NCBI GenBank assembly: GCA_030295235.1
Contig: AP026134.1
Coordinates: 992,001 to 1,056,000, forward strand
Direction: 5' to 3'
Source: Fistulifera solaris
Taxonomy: Eukaryota
DNA length: 64,000 bases
The notes beneath the pieces are model-generated. The model saw only the letters and a program-made list of their open reading frames with translations. It ran no database searches and was not told the origin of the DNA. This document shows positions 10,699 to 22,622 of this stretch, piece after piece. Positions within the stretch are counted from its first letter, which is position 1, and each line of letters begins with the position of its first letter. The position numbers were made by a program, and so were the translations under genes.

Positions 10699-11723
10699 AT
10701 GGCGTCCCGCAAATGTAAGAGTTGCGACCACACATTGAAACGAACATCATACACGGACTATCAATGGAGCAAGGGAAATGGAAATTCAAAATGCAGCACT
10801 TGCTTGGTGAGTGTGACCAAAACTGACCATCGATCAAGCTCCAATAAATCGACTTTGCCTAGGGGCACGTCGCAGTCCTCTCGTCACGACAGCGCGAGTC
10901 GAGCGAACTCGAGAACCGTGCCGACTGCTAATCACAACAGCTCCAGTAAAGCTACTAATACAGCCACCTCGCTGACGAGTGCGACCCAAACAGCCCGTCT
11001 TAACAAGTCCCACAGAGCGACGATTCCCACCGAGGCTCTGAATAATCCATTTGCTGAGGGCACATTTCGTTGGGTCGCCAAAGGCACGTACACAGACGGG
11101 CCACGTCTCGGAGAGCCATGTGCTTGCAAATGGTTCAAAACAGGTCACGTCATGGAGACGCAGTTCTTCGATACCGACTTGAAAACCTCCAAGGAAGCCA
11201 TTCGTCTCATCACGGAATGGAAGATGCGAAATTGATCGATCGCACAATTAAAGTGAATCTACCCGAAGTGTGGACCTTTACTAGTGATAGTAAGTGGGCG
11301 GGAAGAAACGCCCTCCAAGAACCCTTCATCGAACATTACCAGAAATTCAATTCGAATTCCGGGTGGGCTGATGATGGCTTTCCGTGGGCCCGCGTCATGC
11401 AAGGTTTATCTCACTTCTCCTATCACGCGTCCGGTGGAAAGACATTGCTCTGTGATTTACAGGGAGGTGTTTACAAGAACGGAGTTGTCTTGACCGATCC
11501 CGTCATCATGTCGAAGACTCGCGAGTATGGACCGACGGATTTGGGACCCCGTGGAATCAGTTCCTTCTTTAGCAGCCATATCTGCAGCGACTACTGTCGC
11601 AAAGATTGGCGCCGTCCCAGTGACCAGACCCGTTACTACCCGCGAACCTCGCACACCTCCATGGAACATCATGTCCCCACCCGTACCAGCCGTCCCAATA
11701 TGACAATGACTTCATACAAATAA
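10699..11723 (+). CDS. Alpha-kinase (eEF2K/MHCK family) with N-terminal CxxC..CxxC zinc finger; frameshift near 11221
   Basis: PFAEGTFR, CKWFK, EPFI..YQKFNSNSG, SHFSYHAS, LCDLQG, LTDPVI, GPTDLG..GI..FF..HIC..C, spread over two overlapping ORFs. Confidence 0.85.
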
Positions 11724-12329
11724 AAATTTGCCCGTCTTACTTTTGCGTGCCTAAAGTTGTCAAGAAAAGTAAATTGTAGACTGATAACTTCAAACCCTTC
11801 GTCAATCTGTTGGGGTTCATTCCGCAATACTCTGTATTCACTGTAATTTATTTTTCAGCGGCCATGTTTGTAATGAATACTGCCGTAGAGGATGGCGGCG
11901 TCCAGAAGACCAGAAACGCCATTGCGTCCTAAGTTGTGGTATGACCATGGAGAACGAGCGGGCTGGACAGCCCGTTCTCCCCGACGCTGGTCGTCCCAAC
12001 ATGTCAGTTGGTCATGTTAGCAACGAGTAATTCCCCTTTTGACTTACGACACCTTTATGAATTAATCATGCAAGTCGCAGTTTTGTCCCGGAAATGTCGA
12101 AACGCTTACAAGTACCTGGTACTTGCTAGGAATTTGTATAGCTCGTGCAGTCTTCGATCTCCGTCCTCCGTCCGCCTCAAAGTTCTTCGAAATTCGAATT
12201 CGCACAGACGAATAATTCGTTGAAACATTTCATTCCATGTCGTGTGATACGCAGAAGCAATCCGTATATTCGTTTCTCCAACAATTTGTAAAGCAATCAA
12301 ATAATAATTTCATCATCGTTTCCGTCACT

Positions 12330-12632
12330 ATGCCCAGTCTCGAAAAACTCATTTACATTCCTCACGGCCGTGTGAACGAACATCCCTTGACTATGGTTCT
12401 CATGGTCGACGGGGAAGCGTTCGGCAAATACAAGAAAGATCACAGTATTCCTTTGGTGGAAGTAGTCGATTCCTTTGATGTGCTCAAGTACGAAAATCCC
12501 GGAACAGCTGGTTTATTGAACAAGCCCTCTTATCAAGAGCTCAATGATGTCTTCGGGACGACCGACGAGTACAAGATTGTCGAGTACATGTTGGAAAATG
12601 GGACGCTCAGCGGACACGTGCGCTCCTCTTGA
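12330..12632 (+). CDS. Small single-domain SBDS N-terminal-like protein (RTC3/YHR087W-like)
   Basis: 100 aa. YKKDHSIPLVEVVDSFDV..G..G.L.KPS.QEL..VFGT.DE..IVEYML.NG matches the remembered RTC3/SBDS pattern. Confidence 0.75.
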   Translation: MPSLEKLIYIPHGRVNEHPLTMVLMVDGEAFGKYKKDHSIPLVEVVDSFDVLKYENPGTAGLLNKPSYQELNDVFGTTDEYKIVEYMLENGTLSGHVRSS

Positions 12633-12760
12633 GAGACAGGCTGCTTGCTTTCATGGTGTAAACCTGCATAAGCATGGTAAATATAAGTACGTATTATTAT
12701 TTATTTGCTTCTTTCCTTTAATGTACGAGCACGACGACACGATTTTGCTGGATTCTGGTT

Positions 12761-12781
12761 CGTGACTGAAATGCAGTCGCG
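12761..12781. promoter_or_regulatory. 21-bp upstream palindromic motif, copy 3 (reverse orientation)
   Basis: Reverse complement CGCGACTGCATTTCAGTCACG is a 19/21 match, about 200 bp before the CC2D1-like ATG. Confidence 0.55.
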
Positions 12782-12982
12782 GATAGGTGGAGTCTACACT
12801 TTCGACTATAGAAAGAATAAAGAATTTGAGAGGTTAGGGCTAAGGTTTAACCAGAAACTCCGCCGCACGACTCGCTCGAGACGACATATTATCTGCTTTC
12901 TGTTAATCTCCGCTCTACAACAAAAAAAATAATAAGATCTATTTTGTCTTTTTTTATTCAAAACTACATTCATCATCTTATC

Positions 12983-15062
12983 ATGGCGTCCCAGGAGCAA
13001 GTACTGGACTTAAAACGCAAGGCTTTGGCTTGCAAAAGAGAGGGAGACATAGAGGCGGCCAAGTCGTACCTTCGAGAGGCCAAGCAACTCGAACAAAATG
13101 CAGCTGCCGAAACGAATCAAGAGAAGTCTCCTCCCAAATTGAAGAACAAAAAGAAATAGCAGCAGACAGACCTACGATTCAACAGGAAGATGTCACTGAT
13201 GATGTCATGGATCAAGAGGAAAGCGACAATGATGAAGCCCCACGCTACGAAGATCCAGTCAACAAGGCCATCGACGAAGCTAATTTGGAAGAGCTAGAAC
13301 ACAAAGACGTCCCATTTTCCGACAATGAACTAATAGACTATGAGGCCATGCAGGATATGAGAGGAATCATGAGCGAACAGTTTCCAACAGAAGCATTTTA
13401 TCAAGAACGAATATTGGCGAACAAACGAGCGGCACTCGAGAAAAAGCAGAACAATGATATTCCGGCTGCCAAACAACGTCTCATGATTGCCAAACAGCTA
13501 GAGAAAGCGTGTTCCGTATTGTTTCAGAAGTCGCAAATCGACCCAGCAGATGACGGAGAAGATTATAGTTTGCTCGATGAATTATTCGCCGCGGATGGTG
13601 CGCATTCGCAAAATGACGACTGCTTTTTCGAGCAGCTGTTTGGGAAATCGGCGACGGTTCTAGAATTGGATGACTTGGATGATATGGATGCGACTTTGCT
13701 CAAAGACATGATAGACGCTGGTATGCAAGTTCCCAGTGTCGAAGAGGTGATGCAATCGGCTGAGAAACGGAAACTCGCTGCCGTCGCTTTCAAGAGGGAC
13801 GGTAATCTGGAAGCAGCAAAAGCAGCGTTGCTCGAGTCAAAGCGATTGATTGGTAAAGCCAATCAGCTGTCGACTCTTTGCGAGCGATTGAAAACGGAGT
13901 ATCAGAAGAACTGGATCCGGAAGTAGCGTTCGGAGATCTAATGAAAGCTAACGACGAAAAGAAGATACCATCAAAGACCAAAGAAGAAATTTTGCCGACA
14001 AAGAAAATACTATCTTCGGCAGAGTACAGAGAACAAGCTGTGAAACAAAAACAACTAGGAAATAAGGACGCGGCGATTGCTGCGTTACGAATGTACAAAG
14101 AGGCCCTGGCCGAAGAGGAGAAAGCGAAAGTCGCTGCACAAAAGAAGGAGTGGATTATTGAGCTACAAAAGGAAGCTGCTCTAGCACACGAGCAAGCCCG
14201 AAGATTTGTGTATTATACTCGCTTTCTAGATGAAAAGGTTGGATCCGCCATGAGCTCGGCCTGGAGGCTTTACGCCGAGTCATGCTCGTCTCACGCAAAG
14301 GACTTGAGTTTGGGTGTCGCATCGGCTTCTTTTCGACTAGGACGACGACTGGAAAAGAACGGTTTACGATGGATTTCAGATTCGGATTACAGTTTTGTGG
14401 GAAAGTCATGCGACCCGAGTGAATGTCGGATTGAAGTATCGATTCTTGAATTAATAGAGTTACGGAATAACAAGCGTTTGTTTGCAGCACTTGGGGCAGC
14501 GCCTAAGAAAGACTATGGGGGACAAGAGCTCAATTTGCCGGATGCCACTTCCATTCGGGTAGTGATGACAATTCATCTTCCTTTAAACGCTGAGGTCGCA
14601 GATGAGAGCGAGCAAATCCTGACCTTTACAGCCACTTTAATATCCGATGATAGGAAGACGTACGTCTTTGGTTCCTCGCAATACATTCACGCGGAACGAG
14701 GTACAAGCCGTTTTGCGAAACTATTTGCACGGCGACTGTCCCGAAGACGATGTGTTTCCATTGAGGTAATCTACTCTCAAACGCTTGTGACAAAAGGACT
14801 ATTTTCGACATCTACAAAGACTGAAGAGATCTCCCTGGGTTTGGCTGCTTTTGAGCTGACAGCGTTGCAAGAGAAAAACTTCATCGCAATGGATCTCCCT
14901 CTGCTTGAAGCACGCCGAGCAGTTGGAGGCAAGATCCGTTTAGCCATTCGATCTGGTTCGCCGTTTGGTGAAGCATCGAATGTATCCAGCAAAGAAGAAA
15001 CGACTGACCCTGATCAACGTCCTGTAACGTTGGAAAACTATTCGCAATTAGTGTTTTCTTAG
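12983..15062 (+). CDS. CC2D1/Lgd-like protein (DM14-like helical repeats plus C-terminal C2-like domain); frameshifts near 13130 and 13877
   Basis: Four repeats of the form K..A...K..G....A...L..AK (LKRKALACKREGDIEAAK, NKRAALEKKQNNDIPAAK, RKLAAVAFKRDGNLEAAK, YREQAVKQKQLGNKDAA). C-terminal ARRAVGGKIRLAIR resembles the end of the CC2D1 C2 domain. Confidence 0.65.
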
Positions 15063-15318
15063 ATCCTTTCGGTCCTCCAATCGAAAGGATGAACCAAATA
15101 TCGATATGATTTTTCATAAAGTGTTAATGGCGATTCTTCGAATATTTTTTCTTCACCATAATCTGTTTTCTTTATCGTGACTGATCAGTCTTGCATCAGC
15201 GACACACGACGCGATCTCCTTGTTCCGCACCAATTGCAACATGACACGCTGCTTGCATTGCAAATAATGCGTTTTACCAGCAGTCTTCGTGCCACAGCAA
15301 TTATAAAAGGATAATAGA

Positions 15319-16083
15319 ATGTCTTCCTCTAGCCTGGATGATATTTTATTGCGGCAAACATGGTTTCTCTATCATCTACCTCCTACAACTCACGCTAGGC
15401 GAAAACAGTTCAGCGACAAGAACGCCTCGCGAGCATTACAAAGTGTGGGTGACAACACGTCCTATGTATCTTGGAAGTTCGCTAGTAAAGAAGCGAAAAA
15501 TGACGATTATTCCATATGGCACATGCAGTCATTCTCGAAAGAAGATGAAATGATGGTCGCAGAAGTCGTGGCTTTCTGGGAGGAACGAATTTGCTTTGCT
15601 CGAGGAAAAGCGAATTGGTACAAAGCAGCGGTTCGATGGATAGGGTGCGAGGATCACCACTGTCAGTGGAGCCAAACCGAAATGGCTTTGATGGTGACGC
15701 AATTGCTTCGCGACTCTGTTCGAGAGAAAGATTGCTCGGCCACAACTCTTGTATTTCAGGTTCCGACCCATTTGACTGATTGTGGGTTGGATACAGTTTC
15801 TTTGAGTATTCCGCCAGCAAATATGAATCAATTTTGTCAGAGTATAGAAGAGAGTCGTCCTTTGGGAGAAGATGCCTTTCCAGTCATTCGGGCGCTGCAC
15901 AACTTTGTGCGGCAAAATTTCAACTTGAACCTACAAACCTTTCGGCTCACCAAATTCACAACTTCGCAAGCCTTGATTGACCAAGATGGTCGGATTCAAC
16001 CATATAACGGTGTGTCCGCGCTTGTAAAAACTGTAACAGAACGATTAGCAACCCGTCACGGAGGCAATCATGAAAACGATTGA
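15319..16083 (+). CDS. Centromere protein L (CENP-L/Iml3)-like
   Basis: N-terminal LLRQTWFLYHLPP, central LVFQVP...GLDTVSLSIPP and C-terminal ALHNFVRQNFNLNLQTFRLTKFTTSQALIDQDGRIQ resemble CENP-L blocks. Confidence 0.6.
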   Translation: MSSSSLDDILLRQTWFLYHLPPTTHARRKQFSDKNASRALQSVGDNTSYVSWKFASKEAKNDDYSIWHMQSFSKEDEMMVAEVVAFWEERICFARGKANWYKAAVRWIGCEDHHCQWSQTEMALMVTQLLRDSVREKDCSATTLVFQVPTHLTDCGLDTVSLSIPPANMNQFCQSIEESRPLGEDAFPVIRALHNFVRQNFNLNLQTFRLTKFTTSQALIDQDGRIQPYNGVSALVKTVTERLATRHGGNHEND

Positions 16084-16916
16084 CGGAGATTGTGTTTTGG
16101 TCGTTTATGAAAGGATACTTGCTCTCCTCGACCTGTCTTGGGATATAGAGTTTTTTTTGAAATGGAAGGATCTTACTATATTTCATCACGAGCAATGAAC
16201 CTTCCTCGGTTGCCAGCATTCGGTTGTGAAGGAAGCTCTGTACTGTTGACTTTTTGCTTCCGGGGGATGATGGTAGTTGTTGTTTTTTTCATCTATTACC
16301 CATACATCTTTCAGGCGCAGTTACTAGCTTACATACTTTGTATACACATTTAAAGTTTGTTCTGGAGGTCCATTACTGGCAAGGACCGTGCACTACCTAA
16401 CGTAGGCTGGCCTCGTGACGAAACCATTTGGTGCCGTCACGGCATCGTTCATGGCCGAAAGTTATTTTATTTCCCTTTAACAGCCTTTCCAGGTACGGCG
16501 ATACGAAAATTGTCACGCCGTGGTAAAGAAGTGATGATGAACCAAAAATCCATCACGCGACAAATGGAATCCTATGTTTGTATTTCCTGTGAAGCCGTAG
16601 CAGTAGCTGTAAATTGACATTATAGAGTTTGGTAGTTGAAATTATGGTAATCTCTCATTTGCCGTTACAATTCTTCTCTCAATTCTCGTTGAAAATCGTT
16701 CCAAGAATGGATTATTTTCCTTAGTTGTTTGGCGATATCCAGTGACTGGAGTCCTGACGTGAGTCATGAATGGTTTTCTGACGTCGACGCAAGATTATAA
16801 TAAAGAATGTCACTACATTTTGTTGGGAGAAGAATACTGGTAATGCGTCCAGCAAGTTGCCCTTATATCCAAAGTTGTTCAAGATATTGATCATTGATAA
16901 AGCCACATGAATAGTG

Positions 16917-17930
16917 ATGGCTTCAGAACGACGGGAAGAGAGAACGATCACAGGAAACAGGGCAGAATGGGTGAAGCATTTAATAACAAAAGATGACCCG
17001 TTCCATGTTCATAAAACACTCGGCATACTTTGCTTATTTTCCTACATTATCCGATTCAGTCAATTTTCTTCCAAGGAATCAGATATGGCGTTTGGGAGTT
17101 ACCCGGAATACACGCTTCCAACGCTTATGCTGCACATGCTACTGAATCTCTCTTCGTTTGAATTCAAAATACCTCCCAAACGCATTTCTTCTGGCTACCG
17201 TATCTGGCCGGAATATCGGATTCATTCTTTCGTTTTTCTCGTGCGATCTTTACTATCCATGACACTGACGTGGTACGAGACGGTTTACAATCTACCTCCC
17301 GACTATCGATGGAATCTATTGATTGTGGTGGCGACAATGGCTGCCGCCGATTATGGATCGTCCATCAGTGGCCATCGCTCGGGTTTCGCCCGCGAGTTAG
17401 ACGTTCAGCCGGCCGTTAGATACTTTTTCTCAATAATGCAGTTCGGGGCCACGACAGTCAGTCTCCATGGGATACGACGGTATTCCTTGCATTATATCTT
17501 TTGCATGATCATTCAATGCAACGCATTCCTCATGACTATACGGCGGAAGAATTTGGCGTCGCATTCGCTCCTGGTGGGTCTCTACGGCATTATGTTAGTC
17601 ACGGGATTTCTTTTAGCCAATATCGAGCTACTACGACATCCCCTGCATCATCTCCTTCTCGTTGCATCATGTAGTGCTTTAGCTATTTCCATACGGTTGA
17701 GTCCGAATGGTGGTATTCTGCAGCCGTTGCAGAACAAATACATTCTTTGGAGTGGCATGTGGTGTTTTCTTCAAATCGTGCGTCGATATGAGTCTTCTGT
17801 CGATGGCAACCAACTTGTGACAGCACTAGCGGGTTTCTTCTTGGTTACCCATATATCCATGGCGTGGGTGGGAGTGCTTTACTGTCGAAAAGCAAGATCG
17901 AACATCAATTGGAAAGAGCGCATAATCTAA
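16917..17930 (+). CDS. Multi-pass membrane protein of unknown function
   Basis: 337-aa ORF with about 8-9 hydrophobic segments and motifs LITKDDPFHVHKTLG, RIWPEYRIHS and AFLMTIRRKN. Confidence 0.75.
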   Translation: MASERREERTITGNRAEWVKHLITKDDPFHVHKTLGILCLFSYIIRFSQFSSKESDMAFGSYPEYTLPTLMLHMLLNLSSFEFKIPPKRISSGYRIWPEYRIHSFVFLVRSLLSMTLTWYETVYNLPPDYRWNLLIVVATMAAADYGSSISGHRSGFARELDVQPAVRYFFSIMQFGATTVSLHGIRRYSLHYIFCMIIQCNAFLMTIRRKNLASHSLLVGLYGIMLVTGFLLANIELLRHPLHHLLLVASCSALAISIRLSPNGGILQPLQNKYILWSGMWCFLQIVRRYESSVDGNQLVTALAGFFLVTHISMAWVGVLYCRKARSNINWKERII

Positions 17931-18020
17931 AGGACCAAATTCAAACATATCGTAAAACAGACTTTATAGCAGAAATATATAGAACGATTTTGCCTCAGAG
18001 GGCGCGACTCTGCGACATTA

Positions 18021-21000
18021 CTACATGGTATCCTTCTGAGTAAGCCAGTCACCACTAGCAACCGCCTTAGTTTCCTCTTGAGTAAATTCTAATGGATCGA
18101 AAAACATGTCATCTTCCTCCATTTCATCAAAGGAGTCATGGCCTTGACTTTTCTCTTCCTGCCCCATATGATCCCCGTATTGCGTCAGCGGTTGGTCCTG
18201 TGTTAAGTCCATTTCAAACATTGGTTCATGATTTGCTACGGATGGAGGATGATCAGAAGGGTAAGTTGTACACTCGGACTGTTGCTGCTTTTCTGTCCCG
18301 GACACCTCAGCATGCGGGTCGTCAATTTCAGGGTGTTGTTCTTCTTGTTCTACTTCAGCGTGCGAGACATCGACTTCAGCCGTTTCTTCTTGTCCTATGT
18401 TCCCAGATACTTCAGCTTGCGCGTCATTGACTTCAGCAATTTCTTCTTGTTCTACGTTCCCAGATGCTTCAGCTTGCGAGTCATCGACTTCAGCCGTTTC
18501 TTCTTGTTCTACGTTCACAGATTTCCCTATCTGTATGTCATTGACTGCAGGGCGCGATTCATGTGACTCTACCATTCCAGATACCTCAGAATTCGGGTCT
18601 TCATTTTCAGGACGGGCCTCTTCGTAATCTTCGTTCGAAGATACCTCACTTTGCGAGCCACCGACTTCAGGCGCTGTCCCTTGTTCTACGTCCTTGAACA
18701 GGGTTTGTAATTCTTCTTCCATTTGTTTCTGTGACGCACCTCCATACTTCTGTACGATGTGTTCTGACAGACCTCTCTCACTCTGCTGTTCGATCTGCAT
18801 CTCTGCTACATCTAATTGTGTGTCGTCGATCACAGGACAAGCTTTCTTCGCTTTCTTTCTAGGCACAGGAATCAATGCGTGAATTTCAATGTCTTCCAGA
18901 CTTTCGCGGCGTCTTTTGGACCGCCCGTCCTCTTTCAAAGGCGTCTTGAAGGCAGGAATTTGCTGGTCCACACGAGCCATGGTAAGCAGCATGTCAACCC
19001 AGTCGGACAAATCAACATTAAACATTTTGTATGAATGGATTCCAATTTCGTCTACACCGTTGATGCTCCACACAGCATGCGAGCGGCAATACTCAAGAAG
19101 CTGCGTTAAGGTGAAGCTTCGGCGAGTGAGCCGATTCCTGTCCGCTCCTGGAAGGTAGTAATCTCCGCTGACGCATCCAAAACCCAGAGTTTGCAATACT
19201 TTTACAACTTTTATATCCGTCAATACCTTGGCTTTGGGAAGCCGGGACATGAAAGCCTTGTGATCAAGGTTAATGTAGCAGCACCAGCGATGTAGCATCT
19301 GTAATTCACTTTTATCGAGCTCGCGTTTCTTATTCTCAAAATCGAATATGTAGTTCTGGATCATATAACGCCGCACCTCCTCAAGAGTGAATTGCTTTCC
19401 AGTAATGGCTGGGTGGACAATAATCTGACTGTCTTGAACCTGGAAACCAAGCTTCTTTAAGATTCCGAGAACCGTTGCATCGATCACTCCTCCTACATAT
19501 TCTTGATGCCAAGCTCGGGAAGAACTCTTTGGTTTGTCAGCAGGCGGCTGCTTGCGCTCCTTTGTTTTCTGGACAGGCGGGCATTCATCTTCTACCGATG
19601 GTGTCTGGGTAAGAGGAGCTCTGCTTTGCCTCGCATTCATTACCGAAACCTTTATCGTTGGATCAACCAATGTATTCAAGAAGTTCAAATCGAGTTTGCG
19701 CATGGAGAAGCTGGGGAGAGGCGCACTATTGGCAGCCGCCCAAAGACGAAGCTTGGTGTAACATCGGTGTTCAAGCGAATTGACTTTGATCTTGGAAACG
19801 AACGCAAGATGGTGGACTAAAACCCGCGTTCCGTCCTGATTGTCCTTCACGGGGTCAAGCATAGCGGCATAGTCAAGCGCCCATCCCAAAAATGCTCTGA
19901 ATTCGGTCTGCAAGCGTTCTTCGCGAAAGTAATGAATGCCATGAACTCGTCCATCGCGAATAACATTCGGGATGAAGAATTCACCGGAGATTTCCTCGAA
20001 ATCGAACTCTTTCAGCATACTGACAACCTCGACGGACGAAAGGCGTTCATGATCTTGCAGTTGAGCCCATGTCACCTTGGAAATATTTGCCAAGCGAACC
20101 CAAGCTGTGACCCTTTCCATCTCAGCGGCTTTCAATTTGTGGGAGTTGGGGATGCCGTATCTTGCTAAGAAAACAGACAGCCCGACCAAAGAAAACTGGG
20201 GGGAAAGGCTTTCAGTAAACTGGAAACTCACAGTGTTTTCGTCGACTTGTTGAAAACCGACTTTTAGTAGCAATGCAATCACCTCAGTGGATGTCGGAAC
20301 AGATAGCGTTTGCTGACTAGATGCACCTTTCTTTTTCTGCTTTTGGCCAGCCGCTAGAACACTCTTATTACTTTTGGCATTCTTGTGATCTTTTGATTTG
20401 CTCTTGTTTTGCTTTTTCCGGTGAGATGAAGTGGGGGTCTTCTTGGTCGCTTTCTTTTGCTTGGTTCTTCAGGAGAGTAAGGGTCTTCATCAGAGGCTTC
20501 ATCCTCTAGATCTAGTCGACGCGGCCGTGCGTTGGTGATGGATGGCTTCGAATAATAGCTTTGGGTGTCTTCGGTTTCGGCAATATAGGCGTCCAAAGCT
20601 TCATGTAGACTCGTAAAGTAGTCAATACCTAGAGTGCCTTCGCCCTTCTTTACCCCAGGTCGCAAATAGAGATAGTTTTGAAGAGTACCCCCTTTGACGA
20701 TCTTCCATCCTTCGCGTTCCAACGTAGACGCGTTCACTATGACATCCGAGACATCAGATGACTGGGGCAAGGGCTGGCCCGGGTCCATCAGTTTCGTACG
20801 ACCATTGGGTGTCGTCACAGCATCGTTCTTGTTTACTTCGCTGGGACTCCAGCCGTATGTTTCACGCAAATATTCTTCCAATTCGTGGCGTTGAAAGCTT
20901 CGTCCGCCCAAGTAGCGGGGTTGACTGTATAACATGTTCAAGTCTACTCTGGAACGATGCTCGTACCAGCCTTCATCCTCCAGCTTGTCCCAAGCAACTT

Positions 21001-21796
21001 CGAAAGAGGCATCTAGGTCAAAAGGCGCGGTCTCGTAACCTGTATCCATGGGCATGGGTTCGTCCTCGGGTGTCGTTTCTTCTGTGGACGTGTTGACCGG
21101 ATCACTGTTCTCCGTCGGCTCCGAGCTGATGGGTGTTTTCGAACGTGACTCTCGGGCTGCGTTTTTAGCTGATAAATCGAGAGGAATCTGATCGTTCGGA
21201 AGAGCCGCAACCGGCGTGTCTAGGGTATTCTCCGTCGATTCGACACTTCCGGATGGCGGCTGCTTGGAAGCCATCGCCAGACGGCTCACTTCCGAATCAT
21301 TCGGACCTGTTTGTATAGCTCCCGATGACTTTTGAATGGTTTCCGGGCTCACATGCGGTGCTCCTCTCACCTTTGTAGGGCTGTCGTCGATTCGATATTC
21401 CTTTGAAGCCAGCTTTTGCAAAACGATGCCTCTGAGCGTGTTGTCCAAAGCATTCTGAAACTTCACAGGTGTGCTTTTGTGGAATTTTTTGACATTCAGC
21501 ATCGTCAGTGGCTCTGTATTCTCCATATTTTCGACGGGAAACCACCAACTCTTTCCCGGTGGCTTATTCGGATGGGCGAGGACACAAACGACCGGTTTGA
21601 CGGGATACGTCGGATCGCATTCGAGAAGGTACTGCTGAAGTATTTCGCCGTGAAAATCCGACTTGTAGTTCTCCTGTGTCATGTATTCCTGCGCAATCTG
21701 GTGCGAAGGATAGTGAATCGCCGGCCACCACATGTTCTCTTCCTGCAGCTTGTACATGACAATCGTTCCCGGATGCTTCTGTGAGTTTTGCGTCAT
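18021..21796 (-). CDS. Large probable chromatin-associated protein (PWWP-like N-terminus, W..L...GW repeats, acidic repetitive tail); one frameshift near 20400-20420
   Basis: ORFs 20354-21841 and 18021-20282 join because the downstream frame stays open upstream to at least 20400. Motifs WWPAIHY, WDKLEDEGW and EGWKIVKG..YLRPG..GIDYFTS, plus basic NLS-like stretches. Confidence 0.6.
18297..18516 (-). repeat. Coding tandem repeat, 57-bp unit (NVEQEETAEVDDSQAEASG), about 3.5 copies
   Basis: Repeated cgacttcagccgtttcttcttgt.cta.gtt units on the + strand, and a matching 19-aa period in the translation. Confidence 0.85.
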
Positions 21797-22350
21797 GTTG
21801 ATGAAGTTGTTTTTGCCGCCGTAGCAGGTGAAAGTAGACACGTCGTAAAGTCAGACGATAAATTACAAATTAACGTGAAGAGAAAGCTCAAGATTAAAGG
21901 AATGCTTTCAATGATGATGAAAGTCTTTCCATCAAATGTGTAACGAAAGATTGAAAAAAGTTCGTTGTAGCACAGATGCACTCCCTGTTTGAAGCCGCTG
22001 TGGATTTGAACTTGCCGTGCTCCTGTTGTCGCTACAGTACTTGGATGCAAAGGACTGACGGACGCGCATTGGGGAGATTTGAAAGGTTTAGTTATTTATG
22101 AGCGCGCCGGTCGGGTCTCAACGGTGGAGTTTGAAACGGAAGCCAATGCGCTCGAATGGAGTGAGAGAATAGATAGAGTTGAGGTTAATGGGTGAGGCGC
22201 AAAAGAACACATCATCATAGACAAAAAAAAGAACACGGACTCAATGGGCAAAGAAGACACTAATGACTATTCCTGCTCTCATTACTCTAGTAATTAGAGT
22301 AGTTTGTTTACTAGGTACGACAAAAGGGCAGAATACGGAACATGTTACAT

Positions 22351-22402
22351 GGTACCGGTACCCGGTACCTAGTACCAGGTACCGGGTACCGGGTACCAGG
22401 TA
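22351..22402. repeat. GTACC/GGTACC tandem array (seven copies) in a divergent intergenic region
   Basis: ggtaccggtacccggtacctagtaccaggtaccgggtaccgggtaccaggta. Confidence 0.85.
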
Positions 22403-22622
22403 TTCCGTGTGCCCTGTGCGTTTGCGTAGCTCGAGATGGCAAGCGAAGGGACTTTTTTATCTTGATGATGGCCGACGGCCTGTTGTTGTTGGTGTTGAAT
22501 TGAAAGGCATGGATTCGAAATAATCAACATCGTTACTTTTACCATGGTACAAATTCTCATGGGACCAAAATCAATAATACAAGAGAATGGCAACGGAGTG
22601 AAAAAAAAGAACAGAGGGGCAC

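Noticed and set aside
22351..22402. GGTACC arrays as CRISPR-like or restriction-site arrays
   Set aside because: There are no unique spacers, no cas or methylase genes, and the context is eukaryotic.
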